From positions 1-57,396 of the forward strand of contig DATCLF010000105.1 of the NCBI GenBank assembly GCA_036564055.1: a stretch of 57,396 bases of DNA. Direction: 5' to 3'. Below, piece after piece: positions 57,317-57,396 of the stretch (positions are counted from its first letter, which is position 1; each line of letters opens with the position of its first letter). This stretch comes from Spirillospora sp. GTDB taxonomy: Bacteria; Actinomycetota; Actinomycetes; Streptosporangiales; Streptosporangiaceae. A model generated the notes under the pieces. It was not told where the DNA came from. It was given only the letters and a program-made list of their open reading frames with translations, and made no database searches. Made by a program: the position numbers and the translations under genes.

Positions 57317-57396
57317 GTGGTGGCGGCGCGTGGGACGCGCGGGCTGGTCCCGCTGCTGGCGTTCCTCGGCGTGATGGCCTACTCGCTGTCCATGGC
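57317..57396 (+). CDS. probable MFS transporter, N-terminus only
   Basis: GGAGG RBS, then VVAARGTRGLVPLLAFLGVMAYSLSM; hydrophobic first helix; truncated by the window end. Confidence 0.5.
   Translation, partial: MVAARGTRGLVPLLAFLGVMAYSLSM

Overview
High-GC actinomycete chromosomal window; gene content and order resemble Streptosporangiales/Actinomadura-type genomes (inference). Most of it is conserved core: NYN protein, DEDD/GIY-YIG nuclease, trpD, ctaE-qcrCAB, a GT4 glycosyltransferase, acyl-CoA ligase, glkA, plsC, macSR, pfkA, thiI, aroF, nfo, PASTA kinase, thiO-S-G with a TPP riboswitch, thiE, polyprenyl synthase, metF, an L,D-transpeptidase and a HEPN gene. An accessory block at about 10.9-19.4 kb encodes a catalytically degenerate membrane-anchored M23/LasA-like protein, a diheme cytochrome b, a NuoF-ferredoxin fusion, DUF4142 and a DUF1996 lipoprotein. 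The most interesting signals are missing from the ORF track: (1) a ~225-nt six-hairpin candidate sRNA with two G-run loops (mirror image of 6C RNA) behind LytTR-type repeats and a LytS/LytTR pair; (2) a leaderless YFFW leader peptide with terminator/antiterminator upstream of aroF, plus a second YW/GPP uORF upstream of the adjacent EamA exporter; (3) a structured, possibly pseudoknotted leader on thiI; (4) DasR-like, LexA and PafBC sites; (5) an IS5-like relic and REP-like repeats. No CRISPR array, rRNA or tRNA was seen. Family assignments come from motif recognition by eye, not database searches.
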